A DNA stretch of 18,153 nt from Amoeboradix gromovi X-113 (Eukaryota; Fungi; Sanchytriomycota): contig JADGIF010000131.1 in the NCBI GenBank assembly GCA_018985225.1, positions 1 to 18,153 on the forward strand. Reading direction: 5' to 3'. The translations under genes and the position numbers were made by a program. The notes beneath the pieces are model-generated. The model was given only the letters and a program-made list of their open reading frames with translations. It did no database searches and was not told the DNA's origin. This document shows, in pieces, positions 1 through 8,484 of this stretch (position 1 is the stretch's first letter; every line of letters begins with the position of its first letter).

Positions 1-289
1 TGTGGTCCATGTCCACTTCCAAATGACACTATGTACATGAATCGCTCTCCAAATTGGTTTTCTTTAGAGTGCCACATATTGTACATGGTATCGAATTTTC
101 GTGTTTCGACCAGCTTATCAGTCTTAGACGAATGTATGCTGTACCTGCTAGTTATTTCTTTAGAATTAATTTACACTTGTGAAAAGGAAGAATATCGAGT
201 ATTTAAGCTATTAGAGAAGTCTTGAAATTATAAAAAAATGCATACAAATTCGCGATAAATGATATATTCAAGAAAACAATCGAGCAGTA
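1..289 (-). mobile_element. Non-autonomous IS607-like/Fanzor2 element remnant, copy A (3' part runs off the window start)
   Basis: 128-289 aligns by eye with 6932-7124 (e.g. tgtgaaaaggaagaatatcgag; aaattcgc.ataaatgat.tattcaa; caatcgagc.gta). Minus-strand translation gives a TnpA-like HTH fragment (SKEITSRYSIHSS..LISWSKH) joined to a TnpB C-terminal fragment (CTICGTLKKTNLESDSCT*CHLEVDMDH) with an in-frame stop. Confidence 0.85.
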
Positions 290-334
290 ATCTAATAACT
301 TGGAGTGCGTCCATACGCTTATTTGATCTCCAAT

Positions 335-1657
335 ATGAAACAAAGCAATTTAGTAAAAAACCTTTCGCAATCACCAATACACTACTCTCATGATTTCTTA
401 TCTTTAAATGCACAAGACTCATACGTTAAACCAGAGCACATGAACATTTTGCTCTTGGAAGGTGTTTCTCAAGTCGCAGTTGATAAATTTAAATCTTATG
501 GGTTTGACGTCGAGCTAATACCAAGAGCATTGCCACGAGATGAACTTTTAGAAAAGGTGAAGGAGGCGCATGTAATTGGAATCAGATCAAAGACTCAACT
601 AGATAAAGAAGCTTTGGAAAACGCAAAAAATTTACTAGCGGTAGGGTGTTTTTGCATTGGTACTAATCAAGTAGATTTGTCCTTTGCTGCTAACAGAGGT
701 ATTCCTGTATTTAATTCGCCGTTTTCTAATTCCAGAAGTGTTGCTGAATTAATGATATCTGAAATAATTACTTTGGGTAGAAAACTGGGTGATATGAACA
801 TGCAAATGCATCAAGGTAATTGGCAGAAGATATCTAAGGGATGCTATGAGATTCGAGGTAAAACATTGGGAATTGTTGGCTATGGTCATATTGGATCTCA
901 ATTGTCGGTTTTAGCCGAAGCATTGGGAATGAAAGTTATATTCTATGATATTTTACCAATCATGCCACTTGGATCTGCTTCTTCCAAACACACTTTGTCA
1001 GAAGTCCTGAGTAGCGCGGACTATGTGACTTTACATGTTCCACTCACAGATGAGACTGAAAACATGATTGACATTTCTCAATTACGACAAATGAAGAAGG
1101 GTGCCTATTTCATTAACGCTAGCAGAGGCAATGTAGTAAACCTAGATGCGCTTGCTGATGTCTTAGAGTCTGGACATTTAGCTGGCGCGGCAATTGATGT
1201 GTTTCCTGAAGAGCCTGAATCCAATGGAATTGGTTTTAAATGCAAATTAATGGGACTAAAGAACGTGATTTTGACTCCTCATATTGGCGGAAGCACTGAA
1301 GAAGCTCAAACTGCCATTGGACTTGAAGTCGCATTGTCAATTGCCAATTATTTGACCAATGGGACTACACAGAGTGCTGTAAATTTTCCGCAGGTATCCC
1401 CCAAGAATTTGATTCCGCCGTGTGTTCGGATTATCAATGTTCATAAAAATGTACCTGGAGTTCTTAACCGAATTAACACACTTTTATCTAAGTATAACAT
1501 CGAAAGACAGTTGTGTGAGGCTTATGGTGAAATTTCCTACTTCCTAGCAGATGTGAACACTGGTGAATTTACTGATGACAATAAGATTGATAGCATCAGA
1601 GAGTTGATGAGAACTGTAGACGCAGGAGTACTAACGCGTGTATTAGCCACTCAATAA
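335..1657 (+). CDS. SER3: D-3-phosphoglycerate dehydrogenase (SER3/SER33 type)
   Basis: Motifs GIRSKT, GCFCIGTNQVDL, PFSNSRSVAEL, GIVGYGHIGSQLS, NASRG, TPHIGGSTEEAQ and a C-terminal ACT domain (HKNVPGVL). First ATG is at 335; the ORF-track start at 305 is GTG. Confidence 0.96.
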   Translation: MKQSNLVKNLSQSPIHYSHDFLSLNAQDSYVKPEHMNILLLEGVSQVAVDKFKSYGFDVELIPRALPRDELLEKVKEAHVIGIRSKTQLDKEALENAKNLLAVGCFCIGTNQVDLSFAANRGIPVFNSPFSNSRSVAELMISEIITLGRKLGDMNMQMHQGNWQKISKGCYEIRGKTLGIVGYGHIGSQLSVLAEALGMKVIFYDILPIMPLGSASSKHTLSEVLSSADYVTLHVPLTDETENMIDISQLRQMKKGAYFINASRGNVVNLDALADVLESGHLAGAAIDVFPEEPESNGIGFKCKLMGLKNVILTPHIGGSTEEAQTAIGLEVALSIANYLTNGTTQSAVNFPQVSPKNLIPPCVRIINVHKNVPGVLNRINTLLSKYNIERQLCEAYGEISYFLADVNTGEFTDDNKIDSIRELMRTVDAGVLTRVLATQ

Positions 1658-1725
1658 ATTCGCTTTCTTTTTAATTCTTTTATTCTTCAAGAGTTGGCAA
1701 GTTGGAAGGAGGTTACTACCAAACA

Positions 1726-3027
1726 ATGGATTCTTTGCTTTCAAAGGACCACGTACTGGTACTAGCAGAGAGCCTAGGATTATCTGTAGATGATTCCGTG
1801 GCCGCTGTTATTGCAAACGACGTGGAATATCGTGTTCGTCAGATCATTCAAGATTCTAGGAAATTTCAAGTCCACTCTAAGTCCCCGATTTTGATGGCTG
1901 AAGATATTAACTCCGCACTATCTGCTAGAAACTCAGAACCCATATATGGTTTCGTTTCTCCAGCTACCTTTAAGTCGATTCCGCAGCAGTCCCTATATTA
2001 CTTGCACGATGAAGAAATCGATCTAGAACAGCTATTGAGGCTACAAGCTCCAAAGCTACCCCCACCTATATCATGGCATGCGCATTGGCTAGCTGTTGAG
2101 GGTCAGCAGCCAATGATACCTGAGAATCCTTTGCCGAGTGATGTTAAAGCCAGTACCTTTAGACCAGCAGTTGAAGAGGAAAATAAAACTTTAGACACAG
2201 TGATTAAGCCGATGCTGTCTCATGTCATGACAAAAGAAGCTTCTCTATATTACGAAAAAATTATTTCCTACATGAGTCAAGATCAAAAAGCAGTCGACTT
2301 TGCATTACAACAGGTCAAATCAGATGGTGGATTACAGCAAATGCTGCCTTATTTCATAAGGTGGATATGTGACCAAATTCAAGCACACTTTCATAATTTT
2401 AAGAAATTAAATAACATGATTGAGTTCACAAAAGCACTATATGCCAACCCAGAGCTTTTTATTGAACCTTATTTGCATCAGTTTTTACCGCTTTTACTGT
2501 CTTGTGTGTTGGCCAAGTCTGTGGCCAGTAGCGGGGATCATTGGGCTCTGCGCCGTAACGCTGCGACAGTTGTGCATTTATTTGTTGCTAAATACTCTGT
2601 TCATTACCCTACTTTGAAGCCTAGATTAGCCAAGACCTTTATGCTTGCGCTGCTTGATTCTTCAAAATGTATCGCCACTAAATACGGTGCAATACTTGGG
2701 ATCAACATAATTGGGGCGGAAGCTGTGAGAGTGCTTCTTATTCCTAACCTACCAAAGATTTCTGAAGATATAGAAGCAAGCATGGAAGACGATAAGGAAA
2801 AGTTAAAGTCCGAACTAATAAAAAGTATTGCGCTGAATTTGGCACATTTGAAGAAGACTTATGACGGTATTACTATTAAAGATACAAGTAGTAGCATTCT
2901 TGGAGATTTGAAATTCATTTCTAATCCTTCCATAGAGCAATTTGAAAAGGAATTTGGGATATTTGGAAAAGAGATATATGCTACAGTTATCAAGACATTA
3001 GAAGAGCTAAACAGAGTCAATAAATAA
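1726..3027 (+). CDS. TAF6: Transcription initiation factor TFIID subunit 6
   Basis: N-terminal histone fold (AESLG...DVEYRVRQIIQ...KF..HSK), HWLAVEGQQPMIPENP, GLQQMLPYF, EPYLHQ, DHWALR, HEAT-like C-terminus. ATG at 1726. Confidence 0.95.
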   Translation: MDSLLSKDHVLVLAESLGLSVDDSVAAVIANDVEYRVRQIIQDSRKFQVHSKSPILMAEDINSALSARNSEPIYGFVSPATFKSIPQQSLYYLHDEEIDLEQLLRLQAPKLPPPISWHAHWLAVEGQQPMIPENPLPSDVKASTFRPAVEEENKTLDTVIKPMLSHVMTKEASLYYEKIISYMSQDQKAVDFALQQVKSDGGLQQMLPYFIRWICDQIQAHFHNFKKLNNMIEFTKALYANPELFIEPYLHQFLPLLLSCVLAKSVASSGDHWALRRNAATVVHLFVAKYSVHYPTLKPRLAKTFMLALLDSSKCIATKYGAILGINIIGAEAVRVLLIPNLPKISEDIEASMEDDKEKLKSELIKSIALNLAHLKKTYDGITIKDTSSSILGDLKFISNPSIEQFEKEFGIFGKEIYATVIKTLEELNRVNK

Positions 3028-3142
3028 TTTTGTCATAAGTTTTGATTAAACGATCCAAAATTCTATAATGGCCATGTGCACGGGAGGGCTACAAAATCTG
3101 GAGTTGTGACATTCACCTCAATTTTACTAGACTTTGTTTGAT

Positions 3143-3280
3143 ATGATGGAAACAAACGCAGCTGAGATATTTGGAATATGGTGCTTGTGCGGAAAGAGGA
3201 CAAGGTCGGGAATGTATTGCTCAAGAGATTGTCTTACAAGAGAGATCGAAAGGCCTTCCAGTAGGTCGAAAAAGAGTTAA
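3143..3280 (+). CDS. Small Cys4 zinc-binding protein, Ecl1-like (45 aa; below the ORF-track cutoff)
   Basis: MMETNAAEIFGIWCLCGKRTRSGMYCSRDCLTREIERPSSRSKKS*. Shares IFGxWCxCGxRxxxGxYCSRxCL with the ORF at 3635-3781. Confidence 0.65.
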   Translation: MMETNAAEIFGIWCLCGKRTRSGMYCSRDCLTREIERPSSRSKKS

Positions 3281-3551
3281 ATTACAATAAATATATCATT
3301 TAATCATCTACAGTTAAGACGACTAGCAAGCTCAAAGTTAGAGTAAGGTCAGCCAGCTCGCACTTACTAAAAACCAGGATTTTGGTAGTTTGATAACAAA
3401 GATAAGAGTCATTTGACTAAATCCTAAGTCGATTATTTATTGATAAATCTTAGAACTCCTAAAAGGTAACACCAGTGAACTACTTTATTTGCATCTGTCT
3501 TTACTCTATCTTGAGATTTTATAGGTATTTAAACGTAACAAAGTAGCTCAG

Positions 3552-3578
3552 CACGTGTATGATCCTGTAGACCACGTG
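3552..3578. promoter_or_regulatory. Two CACGTG E-boxes (bHLH sites) upstream of the second Ecl1-like gene
   Basis: CACGTG at 3552-3557 and 3573-3578, about 57-83 bp upstream of the ATG at 3635. Function is inferred only. Confidence 0.35.
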
Positions 3579-3634
3579 CTCCAACACTAGAAGTGTTTAA
3601 AACGGTTAAATCGCCTTTAATTCTGAAATTGGAG

Positions 3635-3781
3635 ATGATAAATTGCAGGGAAGATGACTATGCTGACATATTTGGTTATTGGTGTAAATGCGGGCAGCGA
3701 TTGAATGCAGGAGTATATTGTAGTAGAACATGCTTACAAACAGATTACGCTATAAATCAGAACAGAAAGCAATTTAAATAA
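3635..3781 (+). CDS. Small Cys4 zinc-binding protein, Ecl1-like (48 aa), tandem paralog
   Basis: MINCREDDYADIFGYWCKCGQRLNAGVYCSRTCLQTDYAINQNRKQFK*. The C..C...YCS..C pattern resembles the fungal Ecl1 family. Confidence 0.65.
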   Translation: MINCREDDYADIFGYWCKCGQRLNAGVYCSRTCLQTDYAINQNRKQFK

Positions 3782-3812
3782 ATGAGATACCAATACTTAA
3801 AGACGAACTTGT

Positions 3813-4520
3813 TTATTGATAAATGCGTAAAACCATAGCACTTTTGTAGTACCTACACTTGATTGGTTTCTTAGATATCTTAAAGTTATAAATTTGGCCT
3901 TCCACCTTAACTCTCATCTTGTCTTTGCATTGCTCAACAACACAATTCATTCCAACAGGATGAAATTGATGAACTCTTCTATTGGCCTTATAATAATCAA
4001 ATACATTAATAGGACAATCGAGTAACTCCATAAATTGTTTGGCTAGTTTAACTGTATGCTCTGAAAGTGGTGGACACATAACAAGTCGTTTTGGAAAGGA
4101 CTGAAAAGTTAGATTTAATTGAAGCCTATCTTGTATAAACGCTAGCGCAATGTCGGTCAAAAGCTGCTTAAATTCTAAGTTTGTGAATAAAGTGAATTTC
4201 TGTACAGCGCACCACTCAAAGACCATTGTGTTCACACAGACATCAACTGCCCAACACTCTAGATTTTGTTTGTCATAACCCTTTCGCAAACCGGATAAAG
4301 ACATTGGAATCTTAAACGAGTCTTGATGCAATATGGATTTATGAATTATTTCTTCATTTATAGTATTTGGGGCCTTGATTTTCTCATGATGACATAAATT
4401 TATAAAAAATTTACCGATGTACAAGTGCCAACCTTCAGCATTGTCTAAGATCTTGGTCATTTTTTGACACTTTATAACAAAACCAGCTGTTGGCTGAATC
4501 TGCATTGTTTGGATTTCCAT
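3813..4520 (-). CDS. PIH1 N-terminal domain protein (PIH1/Nop17/Kintoun family)
   Basis: IQPTAGFVIK...KFFINLC...P...IPMSLS..R...DK....C...DV.VN is the typical PIH1-N signature. Confidence 0.85.
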   Translation of the reverse strand: MEIQTMQIQPTAGFVIKCQKMTKILDNAEGWHLYIGKFFINLCHHEKIKAPNTINEEIIHKSILHQDSFKIPMSLSGLRKGYDKQNLECWAVDVCVNTMVFEWCAVQKFTLFTNLEFKQLLTDIALAFIQDRLQLNLTFQSFPKRLVMCPPLSEHTVKLAKQFMELLDCPINVFDYYKANRRVHQFHPVGMNCVVEQCKDKMRVKVEGQIYNFKISKKPIKCRYYKSAMVLRIYQ

Positions 4521-4539
4521 TCAGCAGGTTTCAGAGAGG

Positions 4540-5421
4540 ATGGAACAAATTCCGTGGAGATGGCCACCAATTGCAAATTCTTTAGTTACTTGCAATCACA
4601 ACGACATAGACTCCCTAATGAAGAATTATCAATGCGTTGTAGTAAGCTTAGGGTTGCTGCAATCCAATTTCAAACATGTTTGTCACGGAATTCGAGCATC
4701 TTTTATGTGGGCCAAAGTACAAAAGTTGCCAGTCTACATACGTCATCTAGAAGATTTCTACAAAAATTGCGAAATTTCTACTATTAATCAACTTTTAATT
4801 GCAATTGATTTTGCTGCCTTAAACAAAATTTCAATTATAGCTTTTACTACAGATTCATCAAAACTTTATAATTTGATCGCAAAGAAATTTAAATATAGGG
4901 TGCAGCTCCCTAATATCGGAACATCTCAATCCAATGTTAGCATCGACATGTTGCTATTTAAAGATGTTCCAGGTCGTGACAAAATTAAAAACCAGCTTAT
5001 GTCACTATTTTACAGCAGCAATCCAGTCGAAGGTGTGATATTTTACGGTCTTCCAGGAAAAGGCAAAACAAGAATGGCTCGGGCATTATATGGAGAGTTA
5101 CGTATACTGAAAAGCATCTATTTTTTAAATATTGCCATACATGACATTTTAAAGTCTCATGTTGGAGAAAGTGAGGCAGCCATCCGGAGTCTTTTCAGAA
5201 ATAGATCAGAATATCGTATAATATTCATGGATGAATTAGACGTTTTATTTAGTAGTATGGAGTCCTATGCAATGAAAGTTTTGTGGCAACTTCACGCGGA
5301 GATCGACAAATTATCTGACAATCCAAATGCAAAAACAATGATTATAGGAGCTACAAACTTCATCAACAAAGTTCCAGATTCTCTAAAACGTCGATTGCCA
5401 AACTTAATATACTTTGACTAG
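4540..5421 (+). CDS. AAA+ ATPase (divergent, CDC48/SPATA5-like clade, one recognisable AAA module)
   Basis: Walker A GLPGKGKT, pore-loop region KSHVGESEAAIRSLF, Walker B IIFMDELD, SRH IIGATN..(D)SLKRR. Confidence 0.85.
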   Translation: MEQIPWRWPPIANSLVTCNHNDIDSLMKNYQCVVVSLGLLQSNFKHVCHGIRASFMWAKVQKLPVYIRHLEDFYKNCEISTINQLLIAIDFAALNKISIIAFTTDSSKLYNLIAKKFKYRVQLPNIGTSQSNVSIDMLLFKDVPGRDKIKNQLMSLFYSSNPVEGVIFYGLPGKGKTRMARALYGELRILKSIYFLNIAIHDILKSHVGESEAAIRSLFRNRSEYRIIFMDELDVLFSSMESYAMKVLWQLHAEIDKLSDNPNAKTMIIGATNFINKVPDSLKRRLPNLIYFD

Positions 5422-6023
5422 TCCTTCTCAAGAACAATAATTAGTGTCGAGCTGCTGCCTAAAAGTGACACACCGGAATTCAGGTATAAGAACTTGATTA
5501 ACTCAGTTATCTCGATTTTATTCTTAAAGCCTGAAAACGGAAAGATATTGTGTATGAAAAGCGGAAAATGCCACCAGCTTGACATATCATCTAAGAAGTC
5601 TAAAATTTAGACTAACACCCTTTTAAAAATCTTTCCTCTGGCTTAATCTTGGAAGCTATGTTGGCTAAACTAATAAATTCAAAGTATGTACAATAATCGG
5701 AGGCAAGGTTCGAGTCTGTATCCCTGCTACTCATTTATTTTTGTTCTTATTGCTACCCAACAATCTAGGCTTTCCATATTCGGCTGAAGACGATTATATG
5801 AAATTCAATCAGCTGATTCAAGGAACTTTTCACTTTGTTGCGACAAAAATTGAAGAGTACTACTATGTCTAATAAATAGATTAAAGCGTTAAAGCATAAT
5901 GATGATGTTTCTGCGATGAATCATACAGCAAGAGAGGGTAGAAATGTTTGTATTTTGAATTCTACTAGTCTTCACATTAAAACTTTTTGCGTACTAGACA
6001 TCAGGAAGATTATGAGAAAAACT

Positions 6024-6300
6024 GACGATTCCCGTCGACCAGTTACACCGGTAGCTGACGTAACTGGAATCCTGAAGTTGGATTGCTTATGATGCATCTA
6101 TATCAAGTCTATATTCTTCGCTACTGTATGGTCTCTCTCTCAACGCGTTTGATCACTTGGCACCGCAGAAGTCCTTGGCAGACTACTTACTTGACATTCA
6201 TCATCGTCGTTTAACTAATTGCATGGCAACATCGCTTATGAGATGTTCTCTGTTAAGGATGATCTAGGCATACCAAACGACTCTTGAATATCTCGTAAAT
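6024..6300 (-). pseudogene. Possible heavily degraded Fanzor1/TnpB 3' remnant with downstream hairpins
   Basis: Minus-strand fragments across frameshifts and stops read LVCLD..*QRTSHKRCCH ... VVCQGLLRCQ / *ERDHTVAKNIDLI ... FRIP. This parallels LVDEFRTSCRC / HGLVKC / WNRDTNASSNI / RP in the intact ORF at 17273. Hairpins at 6039-6067 and 6024-6036 follow. Confidence 0.4.
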
Positions 6301-6575
6301 ATTAGAGGAATTCCATTTCTAGCATGGATAGCATCAGGTACTTACTTTAGAAGGGTTTGTTGCGAATATCCTAGAGATCCTTTAGATTGACTTGTTAAGG
6401 ATGAGACGATTTGGAGCCATTCGTAGCTCACAGAAAGACAGGTTATAAGTTTTCACCCGGTTGCTTGCGTCTATAGAGTGTAGCTACTGAAAGTAATTGC
6501 TTGTGTAATAACAATCAAAGATTTATTTCGTCAAAATACATGGCTCCTCGTTAAAAGTCCTTATTTTCTCGGAAA

Positions 6576-6856
6576 TCACGTCTTTTCACAGATTACTTCT
6601 CCGTTACAGTGATTGCTCACGCTTTCACTACACTGAGGCGGGATTGAATAAGGATACATATACTTGATGTTTATGTTCCTTGCTGCCATATGATCTCTAT
6701 CTATCTTCAAATGACACTTTGTACAGCTGTAGCTTTGTAAGTTGATTTTCTTTGGAGTACCACACCTTGTACATATCTGACTAGTAAATGGTTCATTACA
6801 TTCGATTATCGTCTTTCCTCTTTGTTTACACTTAAACTTCAAGCGTTCCTTGAATA
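6576..6856 (-). pseudogene. tnpB: TnpB/Fanzor2 C-terminal fragment (RuvC-II E, zinc finger, RuvC-III D; RuvC-I missing)
   Basis: FKERLKFKCKQRGKTIIECNEPFTSQICTRCG...YSCTKCHLKIDRDHMAARNI. The ORF-track ORF 6576-6908 is a chimera spanning the deletion junction near 6856. Confidence 0.88.
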
Positions 6857-6867
6857 AATTGTACAGA

Positions 6868-7011
6868 TTATCTCTTTTCTCGCATTGAAAGACTTCTAAT
6901 TCTTCCATGATTGGACCAGTTCCTCAGTATTGATGAATGTATCCTGTACCTTTTAGTTATTTCTTTAGATTTGACATATTCGGGATTACATCCATTAATT
7001 CCATTTACCAT
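6868..7011 (-). pseudogene. tnpA: N-terminal MerR-like HTH fragment of an IS607-family serine recombinase (TnpA)
   Basis: MVNGINGCNPEYVKSKEITKRYRIHSSILRNWSNHGRIRSLSMREKR*, then LYNL in a shifted frame. This fits the IS607 TnpA pattern Y...KE.....+H..TLR.W...G.I.......GKRLY. Confidence 0.7.
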
Positions 7012-7210
7012 CTGTGAAAAGGAAGAATATCGAGCATTTAAGCTTTAGGAATAGTCATGAAATTATATAAAAATGCATAAAAATTCGCAATAAATGATTT
7101 ATTCAACATAGCAATCGAGCTGTATCGAAGGGGTTTTCGTGAGTAAGTAGTTGGGGCCATTTTCGCAAAGTTTGTCCTAAAATAGACATACTTGGGGCAC
7201 TTCCAAACGA

Positions 7211-7870
7211 ATGGAAGCTCTTCCTCAAAAACTGCAAGACGATATCGCAGGGATTGTCAGTGGATATCCTGCCAGCAAATCAGTATTTCAGAGCATCATA
7301 AACTATTATGAACCATTGAGTAGGAAATATGTCAAAACATTCAATTGTCTGATTACAAAAGAAAAGCTAGAAAAATTACCAGATAGTTTGATAAAGATTC
7401 AAGTTTCCAAAAAAAGAAAGCTGTTGTTTACACTAAGTGGAAAGAATCAGCACATGTTTACAGTTGAAGATGCTACAGAAGAGACTGCGACAGAATGGGT
7501 AGTGATGGAAGAAATCAAATTAATGCACTCTGGGAAGATATACCTGTGCGACAGCGGAGTAGTGTTGCACTATGCCAAGAATTCATTTGGTTTCGCACTC
7601 AAAGACATCAAAACCGTACAAATCATAGACCTCACCACTCATAATTGCACAGTAGCTGTGAATGATAAAAACGTGGACTACTTTCCATTGGACAAAGTGG
7701 ACTTGATTCAAAGCTATTGCGAGCAAGCGGGAAAAGAGTTTATCTTGCCTAGAAGCAAAGTTCATGCAAACCGAGTTTTACAAGATTTAATGGATTCAGA
7801 AAGCGAAGATGAAGATGAAGACTTTAAAGGAGGTGCGGGTGCTGCTGAGGAACAAGATGATAGTGACTGA
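7211..7870 (+). CDS. Rtt106-like histone chaperone (PH-like domain with acidic tail)
   Basis: Short helical N-terminus (EALPQKLQDDI...YPASKSVFQSIINYY), PH-like core (GKIYLCDSGVV...FGFALKDIKTV) and acidic C-terminus (DSESEDEDEDF). Family assignment is from recognition, not a search. Confidence 0.6.
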   Translation: MEALPQKLQDDIAGIVSGYPASKSVFQSIINYYEPLSRKYVKTFNCLITKEKLEKLPDSLIKIQVSKKRKLLFTLSGKNQHMFTVEDATEETATEWVVMEEIKLMHSGKIYLCDSGVVLHYAKNSFGFALKDIKTVQIIDLTTHNCTVAVNDKNVDYFPLDKVDLIQSYCEQAGKEFILPRSKVHANRVLQDLMDSESEDEDEDFKGGAGAAEEQDDSD

Positions 7871-8004
7871 GCCATGACTTTTAGTAAATTACTTGATATT
7901 ATTTGTCAAAGGAAAAAAACGTTTTTCAGCTTTTAATTTTATTGGAATTAATTAATTATCATGATTAGACGAAAAAAACAAATAAATATTTACAAATCAA
8001 CTCT

Positions 8005-8484
8005 TTTCTAGAACATTTCCAAAGGTATAAAATCCCGATACTCTTCCTTTATTGTCAATGGTAAATGGAACAAAAACTCATAATCCAGAATATGTCAGAT
8101 GTTAGTTAATCTGTCTAGCAAGGTAGCTAGAAGTATGGCGACCATGTCCCATTACGCATTCAAGGAACGCTTGAAGTTCAAGTGTAAAGAAAGAGGAAAG
8201 ACGATAATCGAAAGCAATGAATCATTTACTAGTCAGACATGTACAAGGTGTGGTACTCTAAAGAAACCAATTTAGAAACCTACACTTGTGATAATTGTCA
8301 TTTGGAGATAGATAGAGACCATATGGCAGCAAGGAACATATACATCAAGTATATGCATCCTTATTTAATCCCGCCTCAGGGTAGTGAAAGCGTGAGCGAT
8401 CACTGTAACGGAGCATCTAGCATTAGTTTCTCTGTGGAAATTCTCGATTTTCTAGAAAATCAGGACTTTTAACGAGGAGGCCAT
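8005..8484 (+). mobile_element. Non-autonomous IS607-like/Fanzor2 element, copy C (inverted relative to copy B)
   Basis: TnpA start MVNGTKTHNPEYV (ATG at 8058) is fused to the TnpB fragment QMLVNLSSKVARSMATMSHYAFKERLKFKCKERGKTIIESNESFTSQTCTRCGTLKK, then a frameshift, then NLETYTCDNCHLEIDRDHMAARNI. The 3' tail matches copy B. Left boundary is approximate. Confidence 0.88.
8367..8479 (+). ncRNA. Putative Fanzor2/TnpB omegaRNA scaffold region of copy C (equivalent to 6544-6645 on the minus strand in copy B)
   Basis: Lies between RuvC-III and the right end. 8367-8413 is 45/47 identical to copy B and 8454-8479 is 25/26 identical. Contains a stem AGTGA...TCACT. The omegaRNA role is inferred from TnpB/Fanzor architecture. 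Confidence 0.5.

Larger units (their letters stand above)
6540..7124 (-). mobile_element. Non-autonomous IS607-like/Fanzor2 element, copy B (internally deleted, both ends apparently present)
   Basis: The left end is shared with copy A. It is followed by a TnpA HTH fragment, a TnpB C-terminus and a 3' tail shared with copy C that ends ...ggacttttaacgaggag(g)ccat. Confidence 0.88.

Noticed and set aside
31-422. ORFs 31..225 (+) and 228..422 (-)
   Set aside because: They overlap the IS607-like remnant or lie antisense to SER3, and have no recognisable motifs.
5655-5730. B-box-like GGTTCGAGTC (5707-5716) suggesting a tRNA or SINE
   Set aside because: No convincing acceptor, anticodon or T stems could be folded. 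tRNAscan-SE would settle it.
6576-6908. ORFs 6576..6908 and 8239..8472 as functional mini-nucleases
   Set aside because: Both lack RuvC-I and begin in out-of-frame sequence created by deletion or frameshift, so they are treated as pseudogene fragments.
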